Of a DNA stretch of 64,000 bases, positions 1-10,189 are shown piece by piece (within the stretch, counting starts at the first letter, position 1; each line of letters begins with the position of its first letter). The stretch is taken from positions 1 through 64,000 of IMG/VR virus record IMGVR_UViG_2939142107_000001, one strand, 5' to 3'. A program made the position numbers and the translations under genes. The stretch comes from a virus (Duplodnaviria; Heunggongvirae; Uroviricota; Caudoviricetes). The notes under the pieces were generated by a model, which was not told the DNA's origin, ran no database searches, and worked only from the letters and a program-made list of their open reading frames with translations.

Positions 1-861
1 ATGAATCAATCTTTTATCTCCGATATTCTTTACGCAGACATTGAAAGTAAGGCAAAAGAACTAACAGTTAATTCAAACAACACTGTGCAGCCTGTAGCGT
101 TGATGCGCTTGGGGGTATTCGTTCCGAAGCCATCAAAGAGCAAAGGAGAAAGTAAAGAGATTGATGCCACCAAAGCGTTTTCCCAGCTGGAGATAGCTAA
201 AGCCGAGGGTTACGATGATATTAAAATCACCGGTCCTCGACTCGATATGGATACTGATTTCAAAACGTGGATCGGTGTCATCTACGCGTTCAGCAAATAC
301 GGCTTGTCTTCAAACACCATCCAGTTATCGTTTCAGGAATTCGCTAAAGCCTGTGGTTTCCCCTCAAAACGTCTGGATGCGAAACTGCGTTTAACCATTC
401 ATGAATCACTTGGACGCTTGCGTAACAAGGGTATCGCTTTTAAGCGCGGAAAAGATGCTAAAGGCGGCTATCAGACTGGTCTGCTGAAGGTCGGGCGTTT
501 TGATGCTGACCTTGATCTGATAGAGCTGGAGGCTGATTCGAAGCTGTGGGAGCTGTTCCAGCTTGATTATCGCGTTCTGTTGCAACACCACGCCTTGCGT
601 GCCCTTCCGAAGAAAGAAGCTGCACAAGCCATTTACACTTTCATCGAAAGCCTTCCGCAGAACCCGTTGCCGCTATCGTTCGCGCGAATCCGTGAGCGCC
701 TGGCTTTGCAGTCAGCTGTTGGCGAGCAAAACCGTATCATTAAGAAAGCGATAGAACAGCTTAAAACAATCGGCTATCTCGACTGTTCAATTGAGAAGAA
801 AGGCCGGGAAAGTTTTGTAATCGTCCATTCTCGCAATCCAAAGCTGAAACTCCCCGAATAA
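1..861 (+). CDS. repA: Plasmid replication initiator RepA (P1 R replicon), 286 aa, complete. oriR would lie upstream, outside the window
   Basis: Protein recognised as P1 RepA (MNQSFISDILYADIESKAKELTV...). Followed directly by the incA iteron array. Confidence 0.95.
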   Translation: MNQSFISDILYADIESKAKELTVNSNNTVQPVALMRLGVFVPKPSKSKGESKEIDATKAFSQLEIAKAEGYDDIKITGPRLDMDTDFKTWIGVIYAFSKYGLSSNTIQLSFQEFAKACGFPSKRLDAKLRLTIHESLGRLRNKGIAFKRGKDAKGGYQTGLLKVGRFDADLDLIELEADSKLWELFQLDYRVLLQHHALRALPKKEAAQAIYTFIESLPQNPLPLSFARIRERLALQSAVGEQNRIIKKAIEQLKTIGYLDCSIEKKGRESFVIVHSRNPKLKLPE

Positions 862-1146
862 GTGTGCGCTGGAGGGCAGCTGCATTCAAAAAATGTGTGC
901 TGCCGGGAAGGCTTGTCTAATTTCCCGTTTTTGATGTGCGCTGGAGGGGGATGCCCCGCAGTTTGCCAAGACTTTCCCTCCAGCACACATCTGTCCACCC
1001 GTTTTTCCCTCCAGTGCACATGTAATTATCTGCCTTTCCCTCCAGCACACATATTTGATACCAGCGATCCCTCCACAGCACATAATTCAATGCGACTTCC
1101 CTCTATCGCACATCTTAGACTTTTATTCTCCCTCCAGCACACATCG
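860..1146. repeat. incA: incA copy-number control locus: nine ~19-bp RepA iterons, 3 in one orientation and 6 in the other
   Basis: Copies of GATGTGTGCTGGAGGGAAA-like sequence start near 860, 892 and 932 (forward) and near 973, 1005, 1035, 1067, 1096 and 1126 (reverse, TTCCCTCCAGCACACAT). Confidence 0.9.
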
Positions 1147-1366
1147 ATGCTGCCGGGCAAGCCGTTCTCACCAGTTGATAGAGAGTGAAGCCTTGCTGCC
1201 CGTTGAAGCAGGAAATCACCAAAATGATTCAGGCTACAACCTGAACGTAGAAGAAATCCGCGTCGTTTATGCGTGGAGGATGCCAAAGCATGTTGTGACA
1301 CACCTGGCAAAGGAGTAAACATGCAGAGAATGCTATGTACAAGCATCTGCGCATACATTATTATTT

Positions 1367-1404
1367 TATGCAGCATTTTTAATTTAATTCAAAAATACAG
1401 CATA
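1367..1404. promoter_or_regulatory. par operon promoter/operator region (imperfect long inverted repeat)
   Basis: TATGCAGCATTTTTAATT/AATTCAAAAATACAGCATA imperfect palindrome just upstream of the parA start. The P1 parOP is known to be a large inverted repeat bound by ParA. Confidence 0.6.
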
Positions 1405-1418
1405 AAGGATGACTTTCG

Positions 1419-2615
1419 ATGAGTGATTCCAGCCAGCTTCACAAGGTTGCTCAAAGAGCAAACAGAATGCTCAATGTTCTGACTGAACAAGTACAGTTGC
1501 AAAAGGATGAGCTACACGCGAACGAGTTTTACCAGGTCTATGCGAAAGCGGCACTGGCAAAATTGCCTCTACTGACTCGTGCGAACGTTGACTATGCCGT
1601 AAGTGAAATGGAAGAAAAGGGTTATGTTTTCGATAAACGCCCTGCTGGCTCTTCAATGAAATATGCGATGTCAATTCAGAACATCATCGACATATATGAA
1701 CATCGCGGAGTGCCAAAATACCGGGATCGCTACAGCGAAGCGTATGTGATTTTCATCTCCAATCTTAAAGGCGGTGTGTCAAAAACTGTATCGACGGTTT
1801 CTCTGGCGCATGCAATGCGTGCTCACCCTCATCTTCTGATGGAAGATTTAAGGATTCTGGTTATTGACCTTGATCCGCAATCTTCAGCAACGATGTTTTT
1901 AAGCCATAAACACTCTATTGGTATCGTAAACGCAACATCTGCACAGGCTATGTTGCAGAATGTAAGCCGTGAAGAGCTGTTAGAGGAGTTTATTGTTCCT
2001 TCTGTTGTACCTGGGGTTGACGTTATGCCTGCGTCGATTGACGATGCCTTTATTGCATCCGATTGGAGAGAGCTGTGCAATGAGCATCTACCGGGTCAGA
2101 ACATCCATGCAGTACTGAAAGAAAATGTGATTGATAAGCTGAAGAGCGATTATGACTTTATCCTCGTTGATAGTGGTCCTCACCTTGACGCCTTCCTGAA
2201 AAATGCTTTGGCCTCGGCCAATATATTGTTTACACCTCTGCCGCCTGCAACGGTTGATTTCCACTCATCGCTTAAATACGTTGCCCGTCTTCCTGAGTTG
2301 GTGAAACTCATTTCGGATGAAGGCTGCGAGTGTCAGCTTGCAACTAACATTGGTTTTATGTCCAAGTTGAGTAACAAGGCAGACCATAAGTATTGCCATA
2401 GCCTGGCTAAAGAAGTGTTCGGTGGGGATATGCTTGATGTTGTCCTCCCTCGCCTTGACGGTTTTGAACGCTGCGGCGAGTCTTTTGACACTGTTATTTC
2501 AGCTAACCCGGCAACGTATGTTGGTAGTGCTGATGCATTGAAGAACGCGCGAATTGCTGCGGAAGATTTTGCTAAAGCAGTTTTTGACCGTATTGAATTT
2601 ATCAGATCTAACTGA
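1419..2615 (+). CDS. parA: Partition ATPase ParA (Walker-type, KGGVSKT motif)
   Basis: 398-aa ORF with a deviant Walker A (NLKGGVSKTVSTV), sited between repA/incA and parB. Confidence 0.95.
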   Translation: MSDSSQLHKVAQRANRMLNVLTEQVQLQKDELHANEFYQVYAKAALAKLPLLTRANVDYAVSEMEEKGYVFDKRPAGSSMKYAMSIQNIIDIYEHRGVPKYRDRYSEAYVIFISNLKGGVSKTVSTVSLAHAMRAHPHLLMEDLRILVIDLDPQSSATMFLSHKHSIGIVNATSAQAMLQNVSREELLEEFIVPSVVPGVDVMPASIDDAFIASDWRELCNEHLPGQNIHAVLKENVIDKLKSDYDFILVDSGPHLDAFLKNALASANILFTPLPPATVDFHSSLKYVARLPELVKLISDEGCECQLATNIGFMSKLSNKADHKYCHSLAKEVFGGDMLDVVLPRLDGFERCGESFDTVISANPATYVGSADALKNARIAAEDFAKAVFDRIEFIRSN

Positions 2616-2631
2616 GGAGTAAGAAACCCCC

Positions 2632-3633
2632 ATGTCAAAGAAAAACAGACCAACAATTGGGCGAACCCTTAATCCTTCAATATTAAGCGGATTTGATAGT
2701 TCTTCATCCTCTGGCGATCGAGTCGAGCAGGTATTCAAGTTATCAACTGGTCGCCAGGCCACATTTATTGAAGAGGTAATACCTCCGAACCAGGTAGAAA
2801 GCGATACCTTTGTTGATCAGCATAACAACGGGCGTGACCAGGCATCTCTTACGCCAAAATCATTAAAAAGTATCCGAAGCACTATTAAGCATCAGCAATT
2901 TTACCCTGCAATAGGTGTTAGACGGGCTACAGGGAAAATTGAAATTTTGGATGGTTCCCGGCGTCGAGCTTCTGCCATCTTAGAGAACGTAGGGTTGCGG
3001 GTTTTAGTCACGGACCAGGAGATCAACGTTCAGGAAGCGCAAAATTTAGCGAAAGACGTTCAGACAGCATTGCAGCACAGCATTCGAGAAATAGGTCTGC
3101 GTTTGATGCGAATGAAAAATGATGGGATGAGTCAGAAGGATATTGCAGCCAAGGAAGGGCTGTCTCAGGCGAAAGTCACGCGTGCTCTCCAGGCAGCGAG
3201 TGCTCCGGAAGAATTAGTCGCCCTTTTCCCTGTGCAGTCGGAATTAACCTTTTCGGACTACAAAACGCTTTGTGCTGTTGGCGACGAAATGGGGAACAAG
3301 AATTTAGAGTTTGATCAGCTTATTCAAAACATATCCCCGGAAATAAACGACATCTTATCCATTGAAGAAATGGCCGAAGATGAAGTTAAAAATAAAATCC
3401 TGCGCTTGATAACAAAGGAAGCCTCACTACTCACGGATAAAGGTTCTAAAGATAAGTCCGTAGTTACTGAATTATGGAAATTTGAGGACAAGGATCGCTT
3501 TGCAAGGAAGCGCGTGAAAGGCCGTGCATTTTCTTATGAGTTTAATCGACTTTCAAAAGAGCTACAGGAAGAACTCGACAGGATGATTGGGCATATCCTT
3601 AGAAAGAGCCTCGATAAAAAGCCGAAGCCTTAA
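2632..3633 (+). CDS. parB: Partition centromere-binding protein ParB
   Basis: 333-aa ORF immediately after parA and followed by parS. ParB-type sequence recognised. Confidence 0.95.
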   Translation: MSKKNRPTIGRTLNPSILSGFDSSSSSGDRVEQVFKLSTGRQATFIEEVIPPNQVESDTFVDQHNNGRDQASLTPKSLKSIRSTIKHQQFYPAIGVRRATGKIEILDGSRRRASAILENVGLRVLVTDQEINVQEAQNLAKDVQTALQHSIREIGLRLMRMKNDGMSQKDIAAKEGLSQAKVTRALQAASAPEELVALFPVQSELTFSDYKTLCAVGDEMGNKNLEFDQLIQNISPEINDILSIEEMAEDEVKNKILRLITKEASLLTDKGSKDKSVVTELWKFEDKDRFARKRVKGRAFSYEFNRLSKELQEELDRMIGHILRKSLDKKPKP

Positions 3634-3725
3634 ACTTTCGCCATTCAAATTCCACTATTAACCTACTGTTTTTAAAGTAAATCCATCTAAAATTTCAAGG
3701 TGAAATCGCCACGATTTCACCTTGG
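3634..3725. other. parS: parS partition site (centromere) with box A heptamers, box B TCGCCA hexamers and an AT-rich IHF region
   Basis: CTTTCGCCATTCAAATTCCAC...TAAAATTTCAAGGTGAAATCGCCACGATTTCACCTTGG closely matches the remembered P1 parS. TCGCCA occurs at 3638-3643 and again in the right arm. Confidence 0.85.
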
Positions 3726-3778
3726 ATTTTACCTTCCTCCCCTACTCCCGAAAAAAATAAAAAAATTGCTTGTCACGA

Positions 3779-3807
3779 GAAAGTCAACAAGTGACTTTCA
3801 ATAAAAT
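3779..3807 (+). promoter_or_regulatory. Lpa-dependent late promoter for gene 23
   Basis: Inverted repeat GAAAGTCAACAAGTGACTTTC is followed by TAAAAT (-10). P1 late promoters have a 9-bp inverted repeat centred near -22 in place of a -35. Confidence 0.6.
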
Positions 3808-3858
3808 CTCTTCCGAAAAGGGATTCACACAAGTGCCTTGTGTTTAAGGAAGAGTAAA

Positions 3859-5565
3859 TTGAGTAACTTACGCGAATACCAGAATCGTATTGCAGATATC
3901 GCAAAACGCTCTAAAGCTGTGCTTGGCTGGGCAAGCACTGCGCAGTTCGGTACTGATAACCAATTCATTAAAGATGATGCCGCGCGTGCCGCATCTATCC
4001 TTGAAGCTGCACGTAAAGACCCAATTTTTGCGGGTATCTCTGATAATGCCACCGCTCAAATCGCTACAGCGTGGGCAAGTGCACTGGCTGACTACGCCGC
4101 AACACATAAATCTATGCCACGTCCGGAAATTCTGGCCTCCTGCCACCAGACGCTGGAAAACTGCCTGATTGAGTCCACCCGCAATAGCATGGATGCCACC
4201 AATAAAGCGATGCTGGAATCAGTCGCGGCAGAGATGATGAGTGTTTCTGACGGGGTTATGCGTCTGCCTTTATTCCTGGCGATGATCCTGCCTGTTCAGT
4301 TGGGGGCAGCTACCGCTGATGCGTGTACATTCATTCCGGTTACGCGTGACAAGTCCGAAATCTATGAAATCTTTAACGTAGCGGGTTCTTCTTTTGGCTC
4401 TTATGCTATTGGTGATGTTCTGGACATGCAATCCGTTGGCGTGTACAGCCAGTTGCGCCGCCGCTATGTGCTGGTTGCAAGCTCCGACGGCACCAGCAAA
4501 ACTGCAACCTTCAAGATGGAAGATGTCGAAGGTCAGAATGTCCCGATTCGCAAAGGTCGCACAAACATCTACGTTAACCGTATTAAGTCTGTTGTTGATA
4601 ACGGCTCCGGCACTCTGCTTCACACATTCAATAACAAAGCAGGCGAACAAATCACTGTTACTTGCTCTTTGAATTACAACGTTGGTCAGATTGCCCTGTC
4701 GTTCTCCAAAGCGCCGGATAAAGGCACTGAGATCGCCATTGAGGTGGAGATCAATATAGAAGCAGCTCCTGAGCTGATCCCACTTATCAACCACGAAATG
4801 AAGAGTTACACCCTGTTCCCAAACCAGTTCGTCATCGCGGCTGAGCACACGGTACAGGCGGCGTATGAAGCACAGCGTGAATTTGGTCTGGATCTTGGCT
4901 CCCTACAGTTCCGCACCCTGAAGGAATACCTGTCCCATGAGCAAGATATGCTTCGTCTTCGTATCATGATTTGGCGAACTCTTGCGACCGACTCCTTTGA
5001 TATTGCACTGCCAGCTAACCAGTCCTTTGATGTGTGGGCAACCATCATTCGAGGCAAATTCCAGACGGTATATCGCGGTATTATTGAGCGTATTAAATCT
5101 TCTGGTGCGATGGGGATGTATGCCGGTGCTGATGCGGCATCTTTCTTCAAACAATTGCCGAAGGATTTCTTCCAGCCAGCAGAAGATTACATCCAGACCC
5201 CATACGTCCACTACATTGGCACTCTGTTCGGCAACGTCAAAGTGTTCGAAGTACCAGAAGGTATTTGTACGAACCTGACCGCCGACGGTATCCAGTTCAG
5301 CCCAATGGATGTGCTGTGCTACGTCCGTGATGAAAATCCGGGCAAAGCGGGCTTCGTAACTGGTGATGCAGTCCCGGCTGTCCCATTCCAGCATCCGACC
5401 ACCCCGGCACTAGTCAACCGAACCACTCTGTGGGGTTCGGCTATCAACGATATGCACCCACGTAACGGCGCTGACTACTTCACGCGTGTAACTCTGACTA
5501 TGGCCAAAAATGGCGGAATTAACTTCCTGACCGGTAACATGATTGATGCCGGTGACTCTGAGTAA
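3859..5565 (+). CDS. 23: Major head protein (gene 23). Probable TTG start at 3859 after AAGGAAGAG; the ORF is open from 3838
   Basis: Long ORF in the position of P1 gene 23, directly after parS and a late promoter. There is no in-frame ATG near the 5' end. Confidence 0.75.
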   Translation: MSNLREYQNRIADIAKRSKAVLGWASTAQFGTDNQFIKDDAARAASILEAARKDPIFAGISDNATAQIATAWASALADYAATHKSMPRPEILASCHQTLENCLIESTRNSMDATNKAMLESVAAEMMSVSDGVMRLPLFLAMILPVQLGAATADACTFIPVTRDKSEIYEIFNVAGSSFGSYAIGDVLDMQSVGVYSQLRRRYVLVASSDGTSKTATFKMEDVEGQNVPIRKGRTNIYVNRIKSVVDNGSGTLLHTFNNKAGEQITVTCSLNYNVGQIALSFSKAPDKGTEIAIEVEINIEAAPELIPLINHEMKSYTLFPNQFVIAAEHTVQAAYEAQREFGLDLGSLQFRTLKEYLSHEQDMLRLRIMIWRTLATDSFDIALPANQSFDVWATIIRGKFQTVYRGIIERIKSSGAMGMYAGADAASFFKQLPKDFFQPAEDYIQTPYVHYIGTLFGNVKVFEVPEGICTNLTADGIQFSPMDVLCYVRDENPGKAGFVTGDAVPAVPFQHPTTPALVNRTTLWGSAINDMHPRNGADYFTRVTLTMAKNGGINFLTGNMIDAGDSE

Positions 5566-5625
5566 GCACGGGAAGTTCTCCGTTTAACATAGCGCCCCCG
5601 TGCGGGGCGCATAACAGGGAAAGTT

Positions 5626-7215
5626 ATGTCTCAATATTCAATTCAACAGTCATTAGGTAATGCATCCAGCGTCGCGGTTAGCCCGATCAATGCCGATGCG
5701 ACGTTATCTACCGGTGTTGCATTAAATAGCAGCTTATGGGCTGGTATTGGCGTATTTGCGCGTGGCAAGCCGTTTACTGTTCTTGCGGTTACTGAGTCCA
5801 ATTACGAAGATGTTCTCGGCGAACCGCTGAAGCCGTCTTCCGGCTCACAGTTCGAACCAATTCGCCATGTGTACGAAGCTATTCAGCAAACGTCTGGTTA
5901 TGTTGTCCGTGCTGTTCCGGATGATGCGAAGTTCCCGATTATTATGTTCGATGAATCAGGCGAACCGGCTTACAGTGCGTTGCCATACGGTTCTGAAATT
6001 GAACTTGATAGCGGCGAAGCCTTTGCTATCTACGTTGATGATGGTGATCCGTGTATTTCACCTACCCGTGAGTTAACCATCGAAACGGCAACAGCGGACA
6101 GCGCGAGTAATGAACGCTTCATCTTAAAACTGACCCAGACGACTTCGCTTGGTGTGGTAACGACCCTGGAGACACACACTGTGTCTTTGGCGGAAGAAGC
6201 GAAAGATGACATGGGCCGCTTGTGTTATCTGCCTACGGCTCTGGAAGCTCGTTCTAAATATCTGCGCGCGGTTGTTAATGAAGATCTGATTTCTACAGCG
6301 AAAGTAACAAACAAAAAATCGTTGGCGTTCACTGGTGGTACCAACGGTGATCAGTCGAAAATCTCAACCGCTGCGTACCTGCGTGCGGTGAAAGTGCTGA
6401 ACAATGCGCCGTACATGTACACCGCTGTTCTTGGCCTGGGCTGCTATGACAATGCGGCTATCACCGCATTAGGTAAAATCTGTGCAGATCGCCTGATTGA
6501 TGGCTTCTTTGATGTCAAACCGACATTAAGGTACGCAGAAGCACTAACAGCTGTTGAGGGTACCGGTTTACTTGGTACCGATTATGTAAGCTGTTCTGTC
6601 TATCACTACCCGTTCTCCTGCAAAGACAAATGGACCCAATCCCGTGTGGTCTTCGGTCTGTCTGGCGCGGCGTATGCGGCGAAAGCTCGTGGCGTCAAGA
6701 AAAACTCTGATGTCGGCGGTTGGCATTACTCACCGGCTGGTGAAGAACGTGCCGTCATTGCTCGTGCGTCAATTCAACCGCTGTATCCGGAAGATACCCC
6801 GGACGAAGAAGCAATGGTCAAGGGCCGTCTCAATAAAGTATCTGTTGGCACCTCTGGCCAGATGATCATCGACGATGCTTTAACTTGCTGCACGCAGGAT
6901 AACTATCTGCACTTCCAGCACGTCCCATCCCTGATGAATGCAATCAGCCGTTTCTTTGTCCAGTTAGCCCGACAGATGAAGCATAGCCCGGACGGTATTA
7001 CTGCGGCTGGCCTGACTAAAGGGATGACCAAACTTTTAGATCGCTTTGTCGCCTCCGGCGCTCTGGTGGCTCCTCGTGATCCCGATGCTGACGGTACAGA
7101 ACCGTATGTGCTGAAAGTTACGCAGGCGGAATTCGATAAATGGGAAGTAGTCTGGGCCTGCTGCCCGACTGGCGTAGCCCGTCGTATCCAGGGCGTACCG
7201 CTGCTTATTAAGTAA
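5626..7215 (+). CDS. 22: Contractile tail sheath protein (gene 22)
   Basis: 529-aa ORF. Position and size match P1 gene 22. Confidence 0.75.
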   Translation: MSQYSIQQSLGNASSVAVSPINADATLSTGVALNSSLWAGIGVFARGKPFTVLAVTESNYEDVLGEPLKPSSGSQFEPIRHVYEAIQQTSGYVVRAVPDDAKFPIIMFDESGEPAYSALPYGSEIELDSGEAFAIYVDDGDPCISPTRELTIETATADSASNERFILKLTQTTSLGVVTTLETHTVSLAEEAKDDMGRLCYLPTALEARSKYLRAVVNEDLISTAKVTNKKSLAFTGGTNGDQSKISTAAYLRAVKVLNNAPYMYTAVLGLGCYDNAAITALGKICADRLIDGFFDVKPTLRYAEALTAVEGTGLLGTDYVSCSVYHYPFSCKDKWTQSRVVFGLSGAAYAAKARGVKKNSDVGGWHYSPAGEERAVIARASIQPLYPEDTPDEEAMVKGRLNKVSVGTSGQMIIDDALTCCTQDNYLHFQHVPSLMNAISRFFVQLARQMKHSPDGITAAGLTKGMTKLLDRFVASGALVAPRDPDADGTEPYVLKVTQAEFDKWEVVWACCPTGVARRIQGVPLLIK

Positions 7216-7224
7216 GGGAATACA

Positions 7225-8040
7225 ATGAGCAAAAACTTTTTTCAATCCGGGGCATTTTTGGGGAATGGACTGTCCCGTTTCGCTTTGAACTCTGATCCTG
7301 TGCAGCTGATGGAGTCTGCCCGAGCAAGCGCCGAACCGCCAACAGATCCGGTTATTAATAATAATCCGGAACCGGCGGCACAGACTAACGATAACGTTCC
7401 ATCTGCCCCGGCTCCAGAGCAAATCCTGGAAGGGAAAGACGGTAAAGAATGGACCGTCGAACAGGCGCACCAGATGATTCTGGAAGCTGCAAATCGAAGT
7501 GCTATGCAGAATGCGTTGAGTGATGCGGCCGACGCCGTTTTCTCCTGGGCTGATAGCGGTGATCTGACTTTCGACTCCCTTGATGGTTTCGTTCAGGCTA
7601 TCGCTGGTATCTCTGATGACGACGACTCCGAAGTTACAGAAGAACAGGACGATGCCTATAACGAAGCATGGGCAAATGTTGCTGACTTCCTCGCAGCATG
7701 CGGTGTAGATGATGACCTGATCGAAGCACTGGCTGACGATGAAGACGACGACGCAGCTGCTGATGTTGGTGCCTCTATCGCTGGTTTAGATAGCGACGAC
7801 CGTGATGAACTGGAAGCGGCGTTTGTTGTTGCTGGCACTTCTGATGAAATGCTGACTGAAGCATTTAAGAAGGTTGTTCGTAACGGTGAGATCAAACTCA
7901 TCCGTAAACGCCTGCGGAAAAAACGTCTGACTGCGGCTCAAAAATCGGCGCTGAAAAAAGCGCGTCGAAAAGCCCAGACCGGCGCGGCAAAACTTGCCCG
8001 CAAAAAGTCAATGAAACTGCGCCGTAAGCGCCTTGGCTAA
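7225..8040 (+). CDS. 21: Morphogenetic protein (gene 21 position) with an acidic core and a Lys/Arg-rich C-terminal tail
   Basis: 271-aa ORF; assigned by synteny. Confidence 0.55.
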   Translation: MSKNFFQSGAFLGNGLSRFALNSDPVQLMESARASAEPPTDPVINNNPEPAAQTNDNVPSAPAPEQILEGKDGKEWTVEQAHQMILEAANRSAMQNALSDAADAVFSWADSGDLTFDSLDGFVQAIAGISDDDDSEVTEEQDDAYNEAWANVADFLAACGVDDDLIEALADDEDDDAAADVGASIAGLDSDDRDELEAAFVVAGTSDEMLTEAFKKVVRNGEIKLIRKRLRKKRLTAAQKSALKKARRKAQTGAAKLARKKSMKLRRKRLG

Positions 8041-8075
8041 AGGAGGAGGCCGGAGAACTCCGGCCTTTAACTTGA

Positions 8076-8657
8076 ATGGCACCTATACCTTATGGGGTTT
8101 ACAGCCAGGCTGATGGTGTATCGCCATTTCTGAAAGTTACTTTAACGAACTCTCAGTACCAGGTTACCGGATATATCAGCCAGGGGGCAGCAATGAACAT
8201 GGCCCAGAATTGGGAAGCGCCGTTTACCGGTATGTCCATGGGGTCTGTTGCTGGTGCTTTCAGTGGTTTTGCGCAGGTTGGTACTGAAACAACGTCGGTG
8301 GCCCGTTGGAACAGCTTAATGGTTTGGGAGGGGGGAACACCGCCGACTTTCACGCTGCCAGTAACTTTCATCGCTTTGTTTGACCCATTCACGGAGGTTT
8401 CAGGAGCTATCGCCGCATTGTCAGCGATGATTAGCCCGGAACTTAAAGATGCCAGTATTGGTGGTCGAATCCCGGAGCGTGTGACGCTAAACATTGGTCG
8501 CCGGATCAACATCATTGATGTCGCTATCCAGGACATAAGTTTCGATCTCGATGCACCCAGGGACAGCAATGGGCATTTCCTGAAAAACACCGTCAACCTC
8601 CAGTTGACCGGTTCTTCGATATATAACAGCTCCGATATTGTTCGGGCGTTCCAGTAA
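8076..8657 (+). CDS. pmgG: Putative morphogenetic protein
   Basis: 193-aa ORF; assigned by synteny with P1. Confidence 0.55.
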   Translation: MAPIPYGVYSQADGVSPFLKVTLTNSQYQVTGYISQGAAMNMAQNWEAPFTGMSMGSVAGAFSGFAQVGTETTSVARWNSLMVWEGGTPPTFTLPVTFIALFDPFTEVSGAIAALSAMISPELKDASIGGRIPERVTLNIGRRINIIDVAIQDISFDLDAPRDSNGHFLKNTVNLQLTGSSIYNSSDIVRAFQ

Positions 8658-8668
8658 AAGGATTTTAT

Positions 8669-9178
8669 ATGGGGCACAATAACACTAAGGGAAACCGTAA
8701 ATTTATTAAGGGCCGCTATACTGCCAACGCGGCCAAAGGCGAACGACTGGTATCTTCTGAATTCCAGCTCACTTTTGCAGGCCATGAAGATATCAGCGTA
8801 CTGGTTCGCACGTCGCAAATTCCTGAAATGACCCGCGAGGATGTGGAGGACTATGGTCCGAATGGTGTGAAGTTCAACCAGCACGGTCCAATTCGAAACT
8901 CTGGGGAAATCCAGGTCCAGTGCGTGGAGACTATCGAAGGCGATATTCTTCAGTTCATTAAAGATCGCATTGCGGCGAAGGACTATGTTGATATCACGAT
9001 GGCTGCGACCCCTGAATCCAAATCTTCCGGGGTTAACGCTGTGACAAAAGCTGCTACAACAATTGAAATGTTGGACTGCAAAATCTACAGTGATGCAATC
9101 GACTTTAGTACCGAAGATGTGACTGCCGCTGTGCGCCCGTCACTTCGTATCGTTTACAACTGGATTGAGTGGGATTAA
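8669..9178 (+). CDS. bplB: Putative baseplate/tail-tube-like protein
   Basis: 169-aa ORF; assigned by synteny. Followed by a strong terminator. Confidence 0.55.
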   Translation: MGHNNTKGNRKFIKGRYTANAAKGERLVSSEFQLTFAGHEDISVLVRTSQIPEMTREDVEDYGPNGVKFNQHGPIRNSGEIQVQCVETIEGDILQFIKDRIAAKDYVDITMAATPESKSSGVNAVTKAATTIEMLDCKIYSDAIDFSTEDVTAAVRPSLRIVYNWIEWD

Positions 9179-9197
9179 GAGTCATCCCTTGTATTTT

Positions 9198-9221
9198 AAA
9201 GCTCCTTCGGGAGCTTTTTTG
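9198..9221 (+). terminator. Rho-independent terminator
   Basis: AAAGCTCC-TTCG-GGAGCTTT followed by a T run. Confidence 0.8.
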
Positions 9222-9261
9222 TGCTTAAATTATGCCGGTATAGATAGATTTTGAGCATGTT

Positions 9262-9558
9262 ATGGAAATTGATTTTTCATACTCTCCTGAGACGATAGAA
9301 AGAAGATTCGAAATAATTGGATGCATAACTATTTCAGATGAGCATTATTGGGTTCTCTATGATGCCAATACATGGTTATGTGCCTTAGCAGAATGTCAGC
9401 CATCGTTATGTGTAGGGGAGGGGGCTTTTCGACATAAGGTGCTGGCTACACTTGAAGTGAACACGTTACGATATTGGTGTGTAGAAATACTTAGTGATAA
9501 CAAAGAATTGCATTTATTATTGCTGAATAAGTGTGCTTCTCTGCGCAGAAAAGCATGA
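9262..9558 (+). CDS. Hypothetical protein (pmgF position)
   Basis: 98-aa ORF, AT-rich. I do not recognise the sequence. Confidence 0.45.
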   Translation: MEIDFSYSPETIERRFEIIGCITISDEHYWVLYDANTWLCALAECQPSLCVGEGAFRHKVLATLEVNTLRYWCVEILSDNKELHLLLLNKCASLRRKA

Positions 9559-9685
9559 GAAAACCCAACCGCTCTCCAGGAATTATCAGAAGAATATATG
9601 CGGAAAGTTATAGCTAGCTATTGAAAAGCTAAAGTAGATCGGTTAGATTTGCCTTACTCATCTACCATGTGTAGAAAGAGCGATC

Positions 9686-9727
9686 GAACCCGATACATAG
9701 CAATATGTGTCGGGTTCAGCTTTTTTA
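9686..9727. terminator. Hairpin terminator, probably bidirectional
   Basis: 13-bp stem GAACCCGATACAT / ATGTGTCGGGTTC followed by AGCTTTTTTAT. It overlaps the stop of the minus-strand ORF ending at 9725. Confidence 0.7.
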
Positions 9728-10189
9728 TGTCCCAAGTGCTCTTTTTCTGCTTTGTTTGAGTGTTCTGATTTTACTGTCATAGGTTACAACATAGGCTGTT
9801 TTGAGAAGCCAATAGTCTCTACGTGCGGATAGCACAACAACGTAGTTTTCACACTCATTCCAGATTACCCACTCTTCAGTTGGTCCTCGTCTTTCAGACC
9901 AACATGATATATCGCAATGGTTATAATTCCTTATCATATGCGCGATCCAGCGAATTCGCTTGCACCGTTCAAGATCGGGTATACGTTCTTCTTCTTTTTT
10001 TCCCTCTGATACTAAATGCCAAAATCCGAACTCTTTCCCATCATATTCCGGTGAATAACGTAATCGAACAGGGAGACCCTTAAACGTTATATTAGAGATT
10101 AAAATGTCTTCTCTGACAACATCATATACATCGTCTATATACTCTTGCCAACTTCCATTGAAGTACAATAAATCTGGCATTTGAAGCAT
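9725..10189 (-). CDS. Hypothetical 154-aa protein, translationally coupled partner of the DUF3800 gene
   Basis: Its ATG overlaps the upstream stop (TGATG at 10187-10191). The ORF track shows a longer 159-aa version starting at 10204. No recognisable motif. Confidence 0.65.
   Translation of the reverse strand: MLQMPDLLYFNGSWQEYIDDVYDVVREDILISNITFKGLPVRLRYSPEYDGKEFGFWHLVSEGKKEEERIPDLERCKRIRWIAHMIRNYNHCDISCWSERRGPTEEWVIWNECENYVVVLSARRDYWLLKTAYVVTYDSKIRTLKQSRKRALGT

Noticed and set aside
5592-5610. GC hairpin GCGCCCC-CGTGC-GGGGCGC after gene 23, considered as a terminator
   Set aside because: It has no following T run, and gene 22 starts 16 nt later in the same late operon. It is probably an mRNA stability or attenuation element at most, and there is not enough evidence to call it.
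8153-8884. 243-aa minus-strand ORF
   Set aside because: It lies fully antisense to pmgG and bplB, which sit in a tightly packed, well-supported plus-strand late operon. It has no RBS and no recognisable motifs, so it is a shadow ORF.
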